Source: Tubiluchus corallicola (Eukaryota > Animalia > Priapulida). From it: a stretch of DNA of 53,246 bases. Shown piece by piece: positions 43,801-53,246 of this stretch. The stretch is taken from assembly GCA_030141605.1 (NCBI GenBank), contig JAQGDQ010001235.1, positions 1 through 53,246 of the forward strand, given 5' to 3'. The notes under the pieces were generated by a model. The model had not been told where the DNA came from. It worked only from the letters and a program-made list of their open reading frames with translations, and ran no database searches. Each line of letters begins with the position of its first letter. The stretch's first letter is position 1. Position numbers and translations under genes: made by a program.

Positions 43801-46800
43801 GAGTCTGAAGACGATGAAGAAACGTTGGTAGAGCAGGAGAAGAAAGAAGTAAAATCAGCTGACTACGTATCTGAGATCGCCGAACTGCAGGCAGAAAGTA
43901 CGTCTTTTTCTTATTCCTAGTTTACATTATGTGAGCATAAAGCATAGAACATTATTGTCACATAAATTTTTCTTGTGATTCATTGGCTGTGTTTAAGTGT
44001 AACACTAGCATGAGTATTCAAGGCACACACGTGCACCAGTACAGTGTTCCCTCACCAGTTCGCGGTTTTTTTATCACGGACTCGCTGTTTTGTGTATAAC
44101 TTGTCATTGTTTAACCAACCACTCATTGCTCATTGTTTGTGTATAACTTCTCATTGTTTAACCAACCACTCATTGCTCATTGTTTGTGTATAACTTGTCA
44201 TTGTTTAACCAACCACTCATTGCTCATTGTTTGTGTATAACTTGTCATTGTTTAACCAACCACTCATTGCTCATTGTTTGTGTATGACTTCTCATTGTTT
44301 AACCAACTACTCATTGCTCATTGTTTGTGTATAACTTGTCATTGTTTAACCAACCACTCATTGCTCATTGTTTGTGTATAACTTCTCATTGTTTAACCAA
44401 CCACTCATTGCTCATTGTTTGTGTATAACTTGTCATTGTTTAACCAACCACTCATTGCTCATTGTTTGTGTATAACTTGTCATTGTTTAACCAACCACTC
44501 ATTGCTCATTGTTTGTGTATGACTTCTCATTGTTTAACCAACTACTCATTGCTCATTGTTTGTGTATAACTTCTCATTGTTTAACCAACCACTCATTGCT
44601 CATTGTTTGTGTATGACTTCTCATTGTTTAACCAACCACTCATTGCTCATTGTTTGTGTATGACTTCTCATTGTTTAACCAACCACGCATTGCTCATTGT
44701 TTGTGTATGACTTCTCATTGTTTAATCAACCACTCATGGCTTATTGTTTGTGTATGACTTCTCATTGTTTAACCAACCATGCAGTGCTCATTGTTTGTGT
44801 ATGACTTCTCATTGTTTAATCAACCACTCATTGCTCATTGTTTGTGTATGACTTCTCATTGTTTAATCAACCACTCATGGCTCATTGTTTGTGTATGACT
44901 TCTCATTGTTTAATCAACCACTCATTGCTCATTGTTTGTGTATGACTTCTCATTGTTTAATCAACCACTCATTGCTCATTGTTTGTGTATGACTTGTCAT
45001 TGTTTAACCAACCACTCATTGCTCATTGTTTGTGTATAACACGCCAGGCATTTTTTTACTTCTAAATTTGACGAGGGACTGGTCTTTCATCTATTTAAAT
45101 TTTTTGAATGGGTAGCCTAATTTTTGGTAACTGCTGATCAGCATCATGAAAGCTTTCATTATCATTCAGCCAAAGTCGGTGAATAACTTGGTTATCGATT
45201 TATCATCACTGTTAATTACTTTTGTGATAGTTATTGAATTGATTTTATGATTTTGATTTTGTGATATTATTTTTGATTTTGTGTTTGCAGAATGAACTAA
45301 GGATAGTTTTTGATTTTGTGTTTGCAGACGAACTCTCTGTGGAAGACTTGTACAGCAAGTATGCCGGTGCTTACAGTGCCGACTTTGAGATGCCAGATAG
45401 TGATGACAGTACTGATGAGGATGAAGCGGAGGCAGACGAAACCGAGGAATCTCTGAAAGCTGAAACAACAACAGAAGGTGAGATGATGTACTAGATTATC
45501 AGATTAGATGAATGAACCTTACACTTTTGCACACATAGGCTTTCTCGGGCCTTTCAGCAATAGCGGCGCATCTAGAAATTTTTGTTAGTGTCACATCTTT
45601 ACCGATAAAACACCGTCTTTGTTTTGCCTTAGTTGCAAATGTCTGTCACTTTCAAAACAATGGCCGCAATTTTTTAACTAATAAATCCCTTTCGCTGTAA
45701 CTAGTTGCACCATTTTTGTATATGAAAATAACATATGAACTATTTATAAATATTGTATAGAACTTACAAAGTTTTTGCACGTTGAAAATTTGCAATTAAA
45801 ACAGACAGCAATGGTGGCTAATCAGACACCACAGTTAGAGAGATAAAGTGTCTAATCGCCATACGCATATGCATATACACACTTGCAAAACATACATTAC
45901 TCTTTACAATAATAAACGACTAATTAACTGAAGAAGAAAGAAGGCACTGAAAAGCTGTGTGTCAACCAGGGCTTGAACTCAGAACCTTGGATTTCAAGTC
46001 GAATGTTTGGCCATTTGAACTATTAATTCACATAGCAGAGTATAAAGGGCGATTGAGCGACGATTGCTGTACCCAACTGCTGTGCATCGTTTCAGTTATT
46101 AAAATTTTTGACCTACCCAAATAATGTGACGGATATAATCATTTATCTCTAATCTCTAGTAACCGTGACTACACAATATTACCACACATTGAAGCTATGA
46201 TTAAAATAATGGCTACCACTGTCGATTCAATTGTGTATTTGCTTTCGAAATTTGAGCTGAACGATTACGTTAACAAGGAACTGTAAGCAGCAAATGCTTG
46301 CTATACAGTGTTAAATAAAATACGCGTCTCAAAAACAGAACACTCGGCACACATTAACAACGATGGAAACAAATTAAGTACCTACTGCTAAGAATTAGAA
46401 AATTATTTGCAAATTAATACTGTAACCTGCAATGCTAAAATTGCTTTCACAATATTCGTTCCCACTTGCTTAAAAGACCGGTAGACATCATAAACCTAAT
46501 AAAATCCCAGCCAATGAAACATACTGTATACAATGTGACTCAAACAAACGAGAAATAGAAGACGTAACACTTATGCTGTCACACTGGAGTAGATATGAAC
46601 GACTAACAAACACCTTTTATACAGAAATTAGCTCTCTATATATATCTAAACTTTATCTCTCTATCTATATATCCAAACTTTACCTACTTATCAGACGATG
46701 TCAAACTAAAATGATTATTAAGCTCAAATGATTCAGAAATTCTTCAAAGTGCTTCTAATTTTGTTTTAAAATGTTTCAGTTCCTGAATGTAATTATTATA

Positions 46801-49800
46801 AATTTTAAAAAAACGAACTGTGTGTAAACAGATCTTTTTTTAAATTTATTATAATTACATAGATACTATATGTGTATGCAACTACCATAAATTTGTGTTT
46901 ATGTATATCTATGTTATACGTTTGTGCAATAAGTGTTATAATGTCTGTTTCTTTTTATTTGGTGATTGATTAATCGGTAAGTAGAAACCATGCAAGTAAG
47001 TTGTTTCTCTATTTTTTATACAAGCATTAAATATTTGTTAATTACTCATTGATTATCTCTACCTCTTACTTAACAGACGAAGAAGATACAGCAGCCAGCA
47101 GCTTGGAGGATGAGGAAGCTGAAGAAGATGACGAGATGAAGGACGTCGGTCTCGATTATCTAATGAAGCTGGAGGATACGGAAGAGCCGAGTGCGCACGG
47201 CGAAGCTGGCGGAGATGCCAAACATAATAAAGAGATTACCGATATTGCTGCACAGGCGCAGAGTTTACAACCCACTGGTTATACGCTGTCTACTACTCAG
47301 GTATTGGTTTCATTGCTTTGAAGGAAAGGACAAGTCGCTTTGCATGTTGAGTTTATTATCACTTAATTTACAAAAATATAACAAAGAAAATTGCAAAAAA
47401 CTGTCTATAAAGGGTAAAGTTAATCTGTATTACCGAGTTGGGCTAGTATCCTCCATTCGCTTGAAAATGGTGATGTAACTGGTGGACTTTGTGGCTTTGT
47501 GATGTAACTGGCGGACTTTGTGGCTTTGTGATGTAACTGGCGGACTTTGTTGCTTTGTGTGAGCACATCATGGCTTCACGTAAATGTGCACTGGTTAAAC
47601 TAGTTATTCTTGTAAAAATACAGCAAGTCCTCGCTTAACGACTCCTCGTTTGACGACGCTGATCTTTTGGACATCTTTTATTCGCTCGATGACGCATGTT
47701 TTCAACCTCAAGCGCTGGAATTTGTTTGCTGCACTTATCCTATTAACAGAAAGGGTGGGCTTTGCATAGCCAGGCATTATTGATTTTTGTCCTGCAGGTC
47801 AGTTTACTGAGATCTCTTACCTAGGCCAACCATTAGTGATCTATGAGTGGGGAACATAATTGAAATATTTCACATCATACCGTCTCTGCAAGGCACTGTT
47901 TCCCTTAACGACGCATTTTGCATGGAACGTATTAGCGTCGTTAAGCGATGACTTACTGCATGAAAAAATTAGCTATATAACGTTTTGTAAGAACTTATTA
48001 TGCTTTTGACGGAAATAGACATTATGCAGGTTTTCTTCAATTGACGAGCGCTGTCATTGGTAGAAGAATGGACTGTCGTGAAGTTCCCGATTTCTTTATC
48101 TTATTTTTTATTAGTTCTTGATTATTATCATTCGTCACATTATTACATTCTCTTGTTAGAACATTAAAAGTCCCACCCAAGAAATTTCAGCTATAAAATA
48201 AGTCTATTTCTTTATATACAGTCTAAACTTTCATCCTTGAACTAGTATGCACAACATTTACCTTCATAGAATTGCTGGCTTCCTTGCTTCATGGAAAAAA
48301 CTTACCTGGGCAGTTGGCTTTCAGAGATCACCGAGTAAGCATGTGACTTAAACCGAGAGAGCAATGTATAGTGTTGTTAATGATTTATATAAATAAAGCT
48401 CACCTGTATTTTACTTGAATTCTACCTGTATTCTAGTGTCTTAGTAATTACTTTCAGAACGTCTTCATATGGGTGTTCTTAATGGGAGTGGTGAAGTGAT
48501 CATGAATTTAAAGTGATTTCACAAAATACGCGAGGCTCTTATCATTGTTTTTTATTCAGGTGAAAACAGCAATTCCGTTCCTGTTGCGGCATCAGTTGCG
48601 CGAATACCAGCACATTGGTCTCGACTGGCTGGTCACCATGTACGACAAGAAACTGAACGGAATCCTAGCTGATGAAATGGGTCTGGGCAAGACGATGCAA
48701 ACCATAGCCGTGCTAGCTCACCTTGCTTGTGAGAAGGGTGAGTTTCACTACTGTGTGAAAGTGTTTGAAAATGTTTGTTGGGCGATGCGGGTGTCGCTTT
48801 GTCATTGCGTGCATGAGTCGTGTTGATACTTAACCATTAAGTTGACTTGGATAAGCATAGATGGCGCTGTGAGTCATATGCACTCCCACAGTGAGTCAAT
48901 GCGTGCCTGAATCATGTTGATACTTATCATTAAGTTGACTTGGATAAGCATAGATGGCGCTGTGAGTCATATGCACTCCCACAGTGAGTCAATGCGTGCC
49001 TGAATCATGTTGATACTTATCATTAAGTTGACTTGGATAAGCGTAGATGGTGCTGTCAGTCATATGCACTCCCACTGTGATTGGAATTCCTTGAAATATC
49101 AATTTAAAAAGTTAGGAGTGGAAGTAGCCATTAATCTGCCTTGAATTAGCTTTTTTTTCTTTTTGCTTTTCCAAAAGAATAATGTGGAAGTTAGTATTTT
49201 GTGCATTGTAGTAGGTGCTGCCATCTATGTGCTAATCTTGTAACATTGTACTAGCTGACTTACCTTGAGTATAATTGTATGGTCCAGTGACTACATACAC
49301 ACTGATCCTCTCCCTATTTTAAATTAATGGTTGTTGCGAAGCCTGTGCAACTCTGCATAGGTCAAGGTTAACACGTGAATTCTGGCTGTGAAACAGGTTT
49401 TACTGACTGGTTTGCATTCCAGTTTTGCTAAATGTGCAGTGTAGTAATTTTTCTACTAACATTCCTGAAGTAAAATAATCACTTTTTTCCTGTCTGAAAT
49501 GCATAGATTTATTTTAGCTGTTTGGTGTTCATCCATAGTTTTCTGTGTGTGTCTAAACTCGAGCATTTCAATGTGACTCAGTAACAACTTCAAAAATGAC
49601 TCTTACAAATAAAGAACTTGTGACATGAGTGTTGTTTTCGAGCAAGTTTGCTTGTTTTGCACAATTTGTTTGATGTTTATGCCAGTTGCGCCTGCTTTTA
49701 ATGTAACGATGCTTAAATTCATCGCTAATTTGACTCTCTCTAGGCATATGGGGTCCGCATTTGATCGTGGTTCCGACCAGCGTCATGTTAAATTGGGAGT

Positions 49801-52303
49801 TGGAGTTCAAGAAGTGGGTTCCAGCTTTCAAGATACTCACTTACTACGGAAGCCAGAAAGAGAGAAAGCGAAAAAGACAGGTAAGAAGCAGCTGTGCGGG
49901 AAGAAACGTGATAATTACAGGTAGGCGGGGGGTGGGATCAATGAGGCAGCCGTGACGATAACAGCCATTCCTCTTAACGAGTCTTGTTCTAGGCAATGAT
50001 TAGTATCTTGCGTGTCATCTGAGCTGACTCAACAGTTTTTGTCATATCTGCCCACTGTCCAGCTGGAAAGTTTCTTGATACGTGAGGCTTATGGTCTGTT
50101 CAACTTGCATTGCATTAGTAGTTTTGTAGGCCTGTGTTAGGGTGTGTTTAAAGTCTTTACATTTCAGTCGTAAAATTTTGTGTCTTTTCTGTTTTGATAT
50201 TCATTCACAAGCTGGTCTACAGAGAATACAGCAGGTGGCGTTTATTGCACTCATGGTTAATAGACTCATTCGGTTAATTTGACTCATTCCGTTAATTGGG
50301 TCAAAACACTTGCGTCTCAAAGTGAGTCCTTTAAGCGCCACCTACTGTAGTAAGTAGATCTGCATTTTCAAATCTGGATATTAATGTGTTTATGTTTCAA
50401 TGTTGTGCTAAACAACGCTTATTTATGAAGAATCCCGGAATTTTTTCGCCGTAGTTTAACTTGTATTAACGAACATTTTTACTGCCAATTGCTCTGTAGT
50501 CCATTCTGGGCTTGATAGCATTTGTGTTTATTTGCATTTGAATCAATAACCGTATCAATGCCATGGGTGAGCATTCTGTACCAGAAAGCGAATTCAAATT
50601 GTGACTTTCGAATTCGATTTGAACCGAACTTCACTATTTCGAATCCGAATCGAATTCGAATTGAGTTGGAAAGATTTTCGAACAAGTTTTCGATCCACTA
50701 GTAAAAAGTGGTCTTACAAAGAACGTGCAAGACTTGATTTCTTCTGCAGTACAACCACTATTAGTTTGTTAACTATTTTGCACAGAAACTGCATCTAAAT
50801 TGTGCTAATTACGTGCTGTATCAAATATTTTAATGATAATGAACATATGTGGCTGAAGTGCTGAATTATTCGAATCTGTAATTTTAGGTTCGAATCAAAT
50901 TAAAACGTTCGATGCTCAGTCCTGATCAACGCAAGTAATAATGTGGATTGTTTGCTATGCAGGGTTGGACTAAGTGTAATGCATTCCACGTGTGCATCAC
51001 CTCATACAAGCTAGTCATTCAAGATCACGCCGCATTCCGTCGTAAGAAGTGGAAGTACTTCATTCTAGACGAGGCTCAAAACATCAAGAACTTCAAGTCT
51101 CAGCGCTGGCAGATGTTGTTGAATTTTCAGAGTCACCGACGTCTGTTGCTCACTGGTGAGTTCGATATTTGCAGTCTGCCCACGGTCAGGGAAAACCCTC
51201 GAAAATACGGGCTATCTTGGGAACTCAGGGAAAATAATGAAAATGGGGCGAAAAGTCACGGAAATTGGAAAGGGCAGCAAAAATAATCACAGTGAACCAA
51301 TATTTCTAACATATTTTTTTAGCAATTCTAGTTCAAATAAAATTTTGCTATGACAGGCTCCCAGTTTCGATTTCTGTTCCAAGAATAATAATTGGATTAA
51401 GAAAGTTTATTTAATGTGATTAGTGTAATTTTATTAGCACTACTGCAACTGTGCCGTCACATTACCAAGTGCCAAGTGGTGACGGGCAATTTTCAAATTT
51501 TCTAATTCGATTACAATCTTGTTCTTGTAATTCGATATCATGATTAATCTTTTGCGATAATTTTTTAGTGCTTTAGCCGCATTTTTCAAACATTGCAGCA
51601 CTGAAATATAGCCTATAAACTTCTTCATGGCTTTCGTCGCTGTCTGCCAGTTTCGAAAACTATTTTTATAGATAGACACGTACCTTCATTAACTACTCTA
51701 TTACTATGTCAACTACACACATCGCGTAAACGAATAAGAAGCCCCAGTTTGCAACACTGTGTGGTGTGCAATTGTGCGCGTTGTGTGTAAAGTGAGAAAA
51801 ATGAAGAAAAAATGTAAGAAATCCATTTATTTGTGCTAAAACACTGCCTGCCTTTTAGTCAGCGTGTAACAGGCGTATTTTGCTCTTGATTAACTGAATT
51901 ACTGTTCAATACCTGATTATATCGATTTGTACATGGCTGTAATCTCGATTAATTCGATTAATCTATTAATTGCCCATCACTAATACCAAGCCTGTCCATT
52001 CCATTCAAATTTGACTTTGTTTCGTTTTTCTTTGATTTCAGGCACTAAAATGTAAATTTAAAACAAAAACTTGGTAATTGCTCTGTGTTTTTTAGCGTCT
52101 AACACTTATGATCTGGTGATGTCATTTTGTCAGGTACACCGTTGCAGAACACGCTCATGGAACTCTGGTCTCTTATGCATTTCCTAATGCCTCACGTGTT
52201 CGCCTCGCATGCCGATTTCAAGGAGTGGTTTGCTAATCCGTTGACTGGAATGATTGAGGGTAATCAAGAGTACAACGAGAATCTGATCAGGAGGTTACAC
52301 AAG
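28621..52303 (+). CDS. SRCAP: SRCAP/domino (SWR1-class SNF2 chromatin-remodelling ATPase), 5' part; 16 coding exons, 3' end beyond the window
   Basis: Phase-consistent GT/AG exons: 28621-28866, 31528-31644, 32354-32831, 34910-34953, 35702-35875, 37591-37776, 39803-39943, 40584-40776, 42545-42753, 43690-43897, 45328-45477, 47077-47300, 48560-48737, 49744-49880, 50963-51155, 52134-52303 (1016 codons). HSA domain ([20 protein letters not shown]), Walker [36 protein letters not shown]. Confidence 0.95.
28973..30407. mobile_element. Tc1/mariner-type MITE containing an internal 52-bp satellite
   Basis: TA-CGGCAAGTCACCGCTTAACGAC ... GTCATTAAGTGAGGACTTACTG-TA; family members at 47621-47958 (no array) and one end at 20020. 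Confidence 0.8.
29020..30375. repeat. Minisatellite, ~26 x 52 bp (GCAAGTAGCTGAACGTTGTCTTATTTAGTGACGCATTTTACTGGACGACTTA)
   Basis: Direct periodicity of 52 nt (29031, 29083, ...). Confidence 0.97.
31045..31218. repeat. Tandem repeat, 3 x ~56 bp
   Basis: TAGTTCTCG at 31061, 31117 and 31174. Confidence 0.9.
31528..31644 (+). CDS. SRCAP: SRCAP/domino exon ([16 protein letters not shown]...AANIQ)
   Basis: tgtttag acceptor, CAG|GTTAG donor, 117 nt, stop-free, phase 0/0. Confidence 0.6.
31839..32317. mobile_element. hAT-like MITE (TIR CAGGGATGAGAAT) with a 6-bp TSD (TGTATG)
   Basis: TIRs and TSD read directly; near-identical copy at 35964-36449. Confidence 0.88.
32354..32831 (+). CDS. SRCAP: SRCAP/domino exon (DKLPVTT...[18 protein letters not shown]...GHH)
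   Basis: tttttgcag acceptor, G|GTAAA donor; the [14 protein letters not shown] motif is typical of domino/p400 N-termini. Confidence 0.85.
32994..33565. mobile_element. hAT (Blackjack-like) MITE
   Basis: TAGGGTTACCATA ... TATAGTAACTCTA termini with subterminal CCGGAC repeats; TSD not clearly preserved. Confidence 0.55.
34910..34953 (+). CDS. SRCAP: SRCAP/domino 44-nt micro-exon ([15 protein letters not shown])
   Basis: ttcgtag acceptor, AAG|GTAAGT donor; needed to convert phase 1 to phase 0 between the flanking exons. Confidence 0.65.
35103..35635 (-). mobile_element. Short retroposon (LINE 3' end or SINE) with a 26-bp target-site duplication
   Basis: Direct repeat TCTCTATTAGTTT(A/G)TT(C/T)GTGTGAGCT at 35077-35102 and 35636-35661; the minus strand ends in AATAAA plus a (TTTGA)n tail, preceded by a stem-loop. 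Confidence 0.7.
35702..35875 (+). CDS. SRCAP: SRCAP/domino exon (SPSKSPATP...[12 protein letters not shown])
   Basis: tttttctag acceptor, CGA|GTAAGT donor, 174 nt. Confidence 0.85.
35964..36449. mobile_element. hAT-like MITE (TIR CAGGGATGAGAAT) with a 6-bp TSD (CATTAA)
   Basis: TIRs and TSD read directly. Confidence 0.88.
36719..37204. mobile_element. Tc1/mariner-type MITE; shorter relatives at 50229-50347 and ~17430-17559
   Basis: TA-CAGCAGGCGCCGCTTAATAGACTC ... GAGTCTATTAAGTGGCGACTACTG-TA. Confidence 0.85.
37591..37776 (+). CDS. SRCAP: SRCAP/domino exon, start of the HSA domain ([25 protein letters not shown]...KIASCRK)
   Basis: gacag acceptor, AAG|GTGAGC donor, 186 nt. Confidence 0.92.
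37752..38620 (+). repeat. Tandem array, 12 x 72 bp, made of the last ~24 nt of the SRCAP HSA exon plus its donor and ~48 nt of intron
   Basis: CGTAAG|GT recurs every 72 nt from 37776 to 38568; it translates as [24 protein letters not shown] repeats. Confidence 0.97.
38838..39609 (+). mobile_element. Single copy of the same non-autonomous Helitron
   Basis: Same body (TA run, aagattcgaggctacag ... cgcaaaattttttgcggggcctttgctag|t); A|TC start. Confidence 0.85.
39803..39943 (+). CDS. SRCAP: SRCAP/domino exon, HSA domain ([12 protein letters not shown]...[14 protein letters not shown])
   Basis: ttattag acceptor, AAG|GTATC donor, 141 nt; read by hand. Confidence 0.9.
40584..40776 (+). CDS. SRCAP: SRCAP/domino exon ([40 protein letters not shown]...)
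   Basis: tttcag acceptor, G|GTGGG donor, phase 1. Confidence 0.88.
41252..41771. mobile_element. Second copy of the AGGAAAACCGGA-TIR element
   Basis: Colinear with 4752-5288; right end slightly clipped. Confidence 0.72.
41878..42097. repeat. Tandem repeat, 4 x 55 bp
   Basis: GATAGGCCAT at 41878, 41933, 41988 and 42043. Confidence 0.93.
42074..42410. mobile_element. TTCGAA-rich dispersed element (MITE-like); second copy at ~50565-50923
   Basis: GGG(T)TGAGC...CAGAAAGC start and TTTAGGTTCGAATC...TTCGATGCTC end shared by both sites. Confidence 0.65.
42545..42753 (+). CDS. SRCAP: SRCAP/domino acidic exon ([16 protein letters not shown]...[14 protein letters not shown]...)
   Basis: gacgcag acceptor, GAG|GTGAG donor. 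Confidence 0.88.
43690..43897 (+). CDS. SRCAP: SRCAP/domino acidic exon (ETSKEEG...[13 protein letters not shown]...EIAELQAE)
   Basis: tttgcag acceptor, A|GTACG donor. Confidence 0.85.
44088..45040. repeat. Minisatellite, ~20 x 47 bp (TGTTTGTGTATAACTTGTCATTGTTTAACCAACCACTCATTGCTCAT)
   Basis: 47-nt periodicity (44094, 44141, ...). Confidence 0.97.
45328..45477 (+). CDS. SRCAP: SRCAP/domino exon ([15 protein letters not shown]...TTTE)
   Basis: gtttgcag acceptor (the second of two copies), G|GTGAG donor. Confidence 0.85.
45959..46030 (-). pseudogene. Degenerate tRNA-derived (SINE-head-like) sequence
   Basis: Minus strand has an A-box-like TAGTTCAAATGG and a B-box-like GAGTTCAAGCC at tRNA spacing, but the stems are broken. 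Confidence 0.45.
47077..47300 (+). CDS. SRCAP: SRCAP/domino exon (...[24 protein letters not shown])
   Basis: ttaacag acceptor, CAG|GTATT donor; conserved pre-ATPase motif. Confidence 0.92.
47470..47558. repeat. Tandem repeat, 3 x 29 bp
   Basis: GTGATGTAACTGGCGGACTTTGTGGCTTT repeated. Confidence 0.88.
47621..47958. mobile_element. MITE of the same family as 28973-30407, without the satellite
   Basis: TA-CAGCAAGTCCTCGCTTAACGAC ... GTCGTTAAGCGATGACTTACTG. Confidence 0.82.
48560..48737 (+). CDS. SRCAP: SRCAP/domino ATPase exon with Walker A ([12 protein letters not shown]...[10 protein letters not shown])
   Basis: ttattcag acceptor, G|GTGAG donor. Confidence 0.95.
48804..49080. repeat. Tandem repeat, ~3 x 93 bp
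   Basis: TGTTGATACTT at 48821, 48915 and 49008. Confidence 0.9.
49744..49880 (+). CDS. SRCAP: SRCAP/domino ATPase exon ([24 protein letters not shown]...KRQ)
   Basis: ctctctag acceptor, CAG|GTAAG donor; motif Ia. Confidence 0.95.
50229..50347. mobile_element. Internally deleted copy of the 36719-37204 MITE family
   Basis: TA-CAGCAGGTGGCG ... CGCCACCTACTG-TA with the shared GGGTCAAAACAC motif. Confidence 0.75.
50963..51155 (+). CDS. SRCAP: SRCAP/domino ATPase exon with Walker B ([17 protein letters not shown]...LLLT)
   Basis: atgcag acceptor, G|GTGAG donor. Confidence 0.95.
52134..52303 (+). CDS. SRCAP: SRCAP/domino ATPase exon ([20 protein letters not shown]...IRRLHK)
   Basis: tttgtcag acceptor, AAG|GTACG donor; motif III. 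Confidence 0.95.
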
Positions 52304-52424
52304 GTACGGCACTGCAGTGTGTGTGTGTGTGTGTGTAAAGAGAGCTTTGCTGGACTTGTGAAAAAAGTAACACAACAACGGGTGGCATGTTGTATTATAA
52401 ACTGAATGGTCCACTGTCCGGCGT

Positions 52425-52810
52425 TTGTGTGTTAAATATAACATATATTTTTCGTGCTACATAGACCACTTAACAGCGCTGAATTTACAACCTATAGAAA
52501 CTAGAAGATATTGTTTTGTCTTGAGAATGGTGTATAAAACACGTAACGACATCGTAGATTTAAATTTCGTTCAATTTCTTTTAATATGTACCGCTGGTAG
52601 AGGCCACAGCTATAAATTGTATTCAAATTATTGGAGGTTGAAAATATTTAAATTTCCCTTTTCAAATAGACTTGTTGAGATTTGAACTCACTGCCTCAAG
52701 AAATGGTAGATGCAAACTCTGTAAAAGTGTTTGATTGAAAACTGAAAAAAATTAGTTTAATGAACTATTGCAATTTAGGCGCATCTAATAATTTTGAGGC
52801 GCCTGTAAGA
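52425..52810 (+). mobile_element. Degenerate 3' end of a CR1/L2-type LINE (ORF2 C-terminus plus 3' hairpin)
   Basis: Translation ...LTALNLQPIETRR...MVYK...RGHSYKL...FSNRLVEI*NSLPQEMVDANSVKVF matches the characteristic CR1-clade ORF2 tail; premature stops; AGGCGC...GCGCCT hairpin. Confidence 0.75.
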
Positions 52811-53246
52811 GCTTTTAGCCTTGATGACCTTCTCCATTTAATAATCTGTTAATTTATATATATACTGTAATTATGATTTTATATTTGTGCAGTTTTTTTC
52901 TGTAATTGTATTTTTGTGTTGAAGGAAGAAATGCAAATACAAAGACAAACAATAGGTCCCTTGTTCTACATAATAATAATAAACGCTTTATTTTATCAAC
53001 ATAAACACAAATATAATTAACAAAACACACACTTTTTTGTAAACACACACATAAGTAAACAACGCATACAGGAACACGTCGCTACAAATACAGGGCTCTT
53101 TTTAAGCGTAGCTGATTAAAAAATATACCATAATTTATAACAAACATCTACATATATATCACAGGGCTGATTGAATACATTAATTCGTAGCAAAATTTTA
53201 ATTTAGAATCGCGTATTGTTGAAATTTTATGCCCATAGTAACAGTT

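Noticed and set aside
45959-46030. Functional tRNA gene
   Set aside because: A and B boxes are recognisable, but the acceptor and anticodon stems do not pair; treated as a tRNA-derived repeat.
48299-48315. U1 snRNA 5' end (ACTTACCTGG)
   Set aside because: Similarity stops after ~10 nt; it is simply the reverse complement of a donor-like motif in a dispersed repeat.

Overview
AT-rich, intron-rich animal genomic DNA, probably a protostome invertebrate because it carries variant ionotropic receptors. Two multi-exon genes lie head-to-head. (1) Merlin/NF2 on the minus strand: 7 coding exons from the ATG at 24572 down to 623, covering the whole FERM domain including the Merlin-specific Blue Box YQMTPEM; the gene runs off the left edge. 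(2) A SRCAP/domino (SWR1-type SNF2 ATPase) gene on the plus strand: 16 coding exons from 28621 to 52303, with the HSA domain and the N-terminal ATPase lobe; it runs off the right edge. Merlin's 14-kb intron holds a same-strand tandem cluster of four intronless divergent ionotropic-receptor (IR/iGluR-like) genes: two full-length and two 3'-truncated, produced by a ~4.5-kb two-gene duplication and showing mosaic similarity suggestive of gene conversion. The introns are full of non-autonomous transposons (a head-to-tail Helitron array; Tc1/mariner-, Kolobok-, piggyBac- and hAT-like MITEs; LINE 3' ends), a Penelope-type minimal hammerhead ribozyme, and many minisatellites. The most unusual signal is that in both neighbouring genes an exon end plus its 5' splice site has been amplified into a tandem array: 6 x ~136 bp in Merlin, and 12 x 72 bp, in frame and stop-free, inside the SRCAP HSA domain. 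A duplicated 3' splice site is also present in SRCAP. All exon and repeat calls were read by eye from the sequence; no database searches were run.
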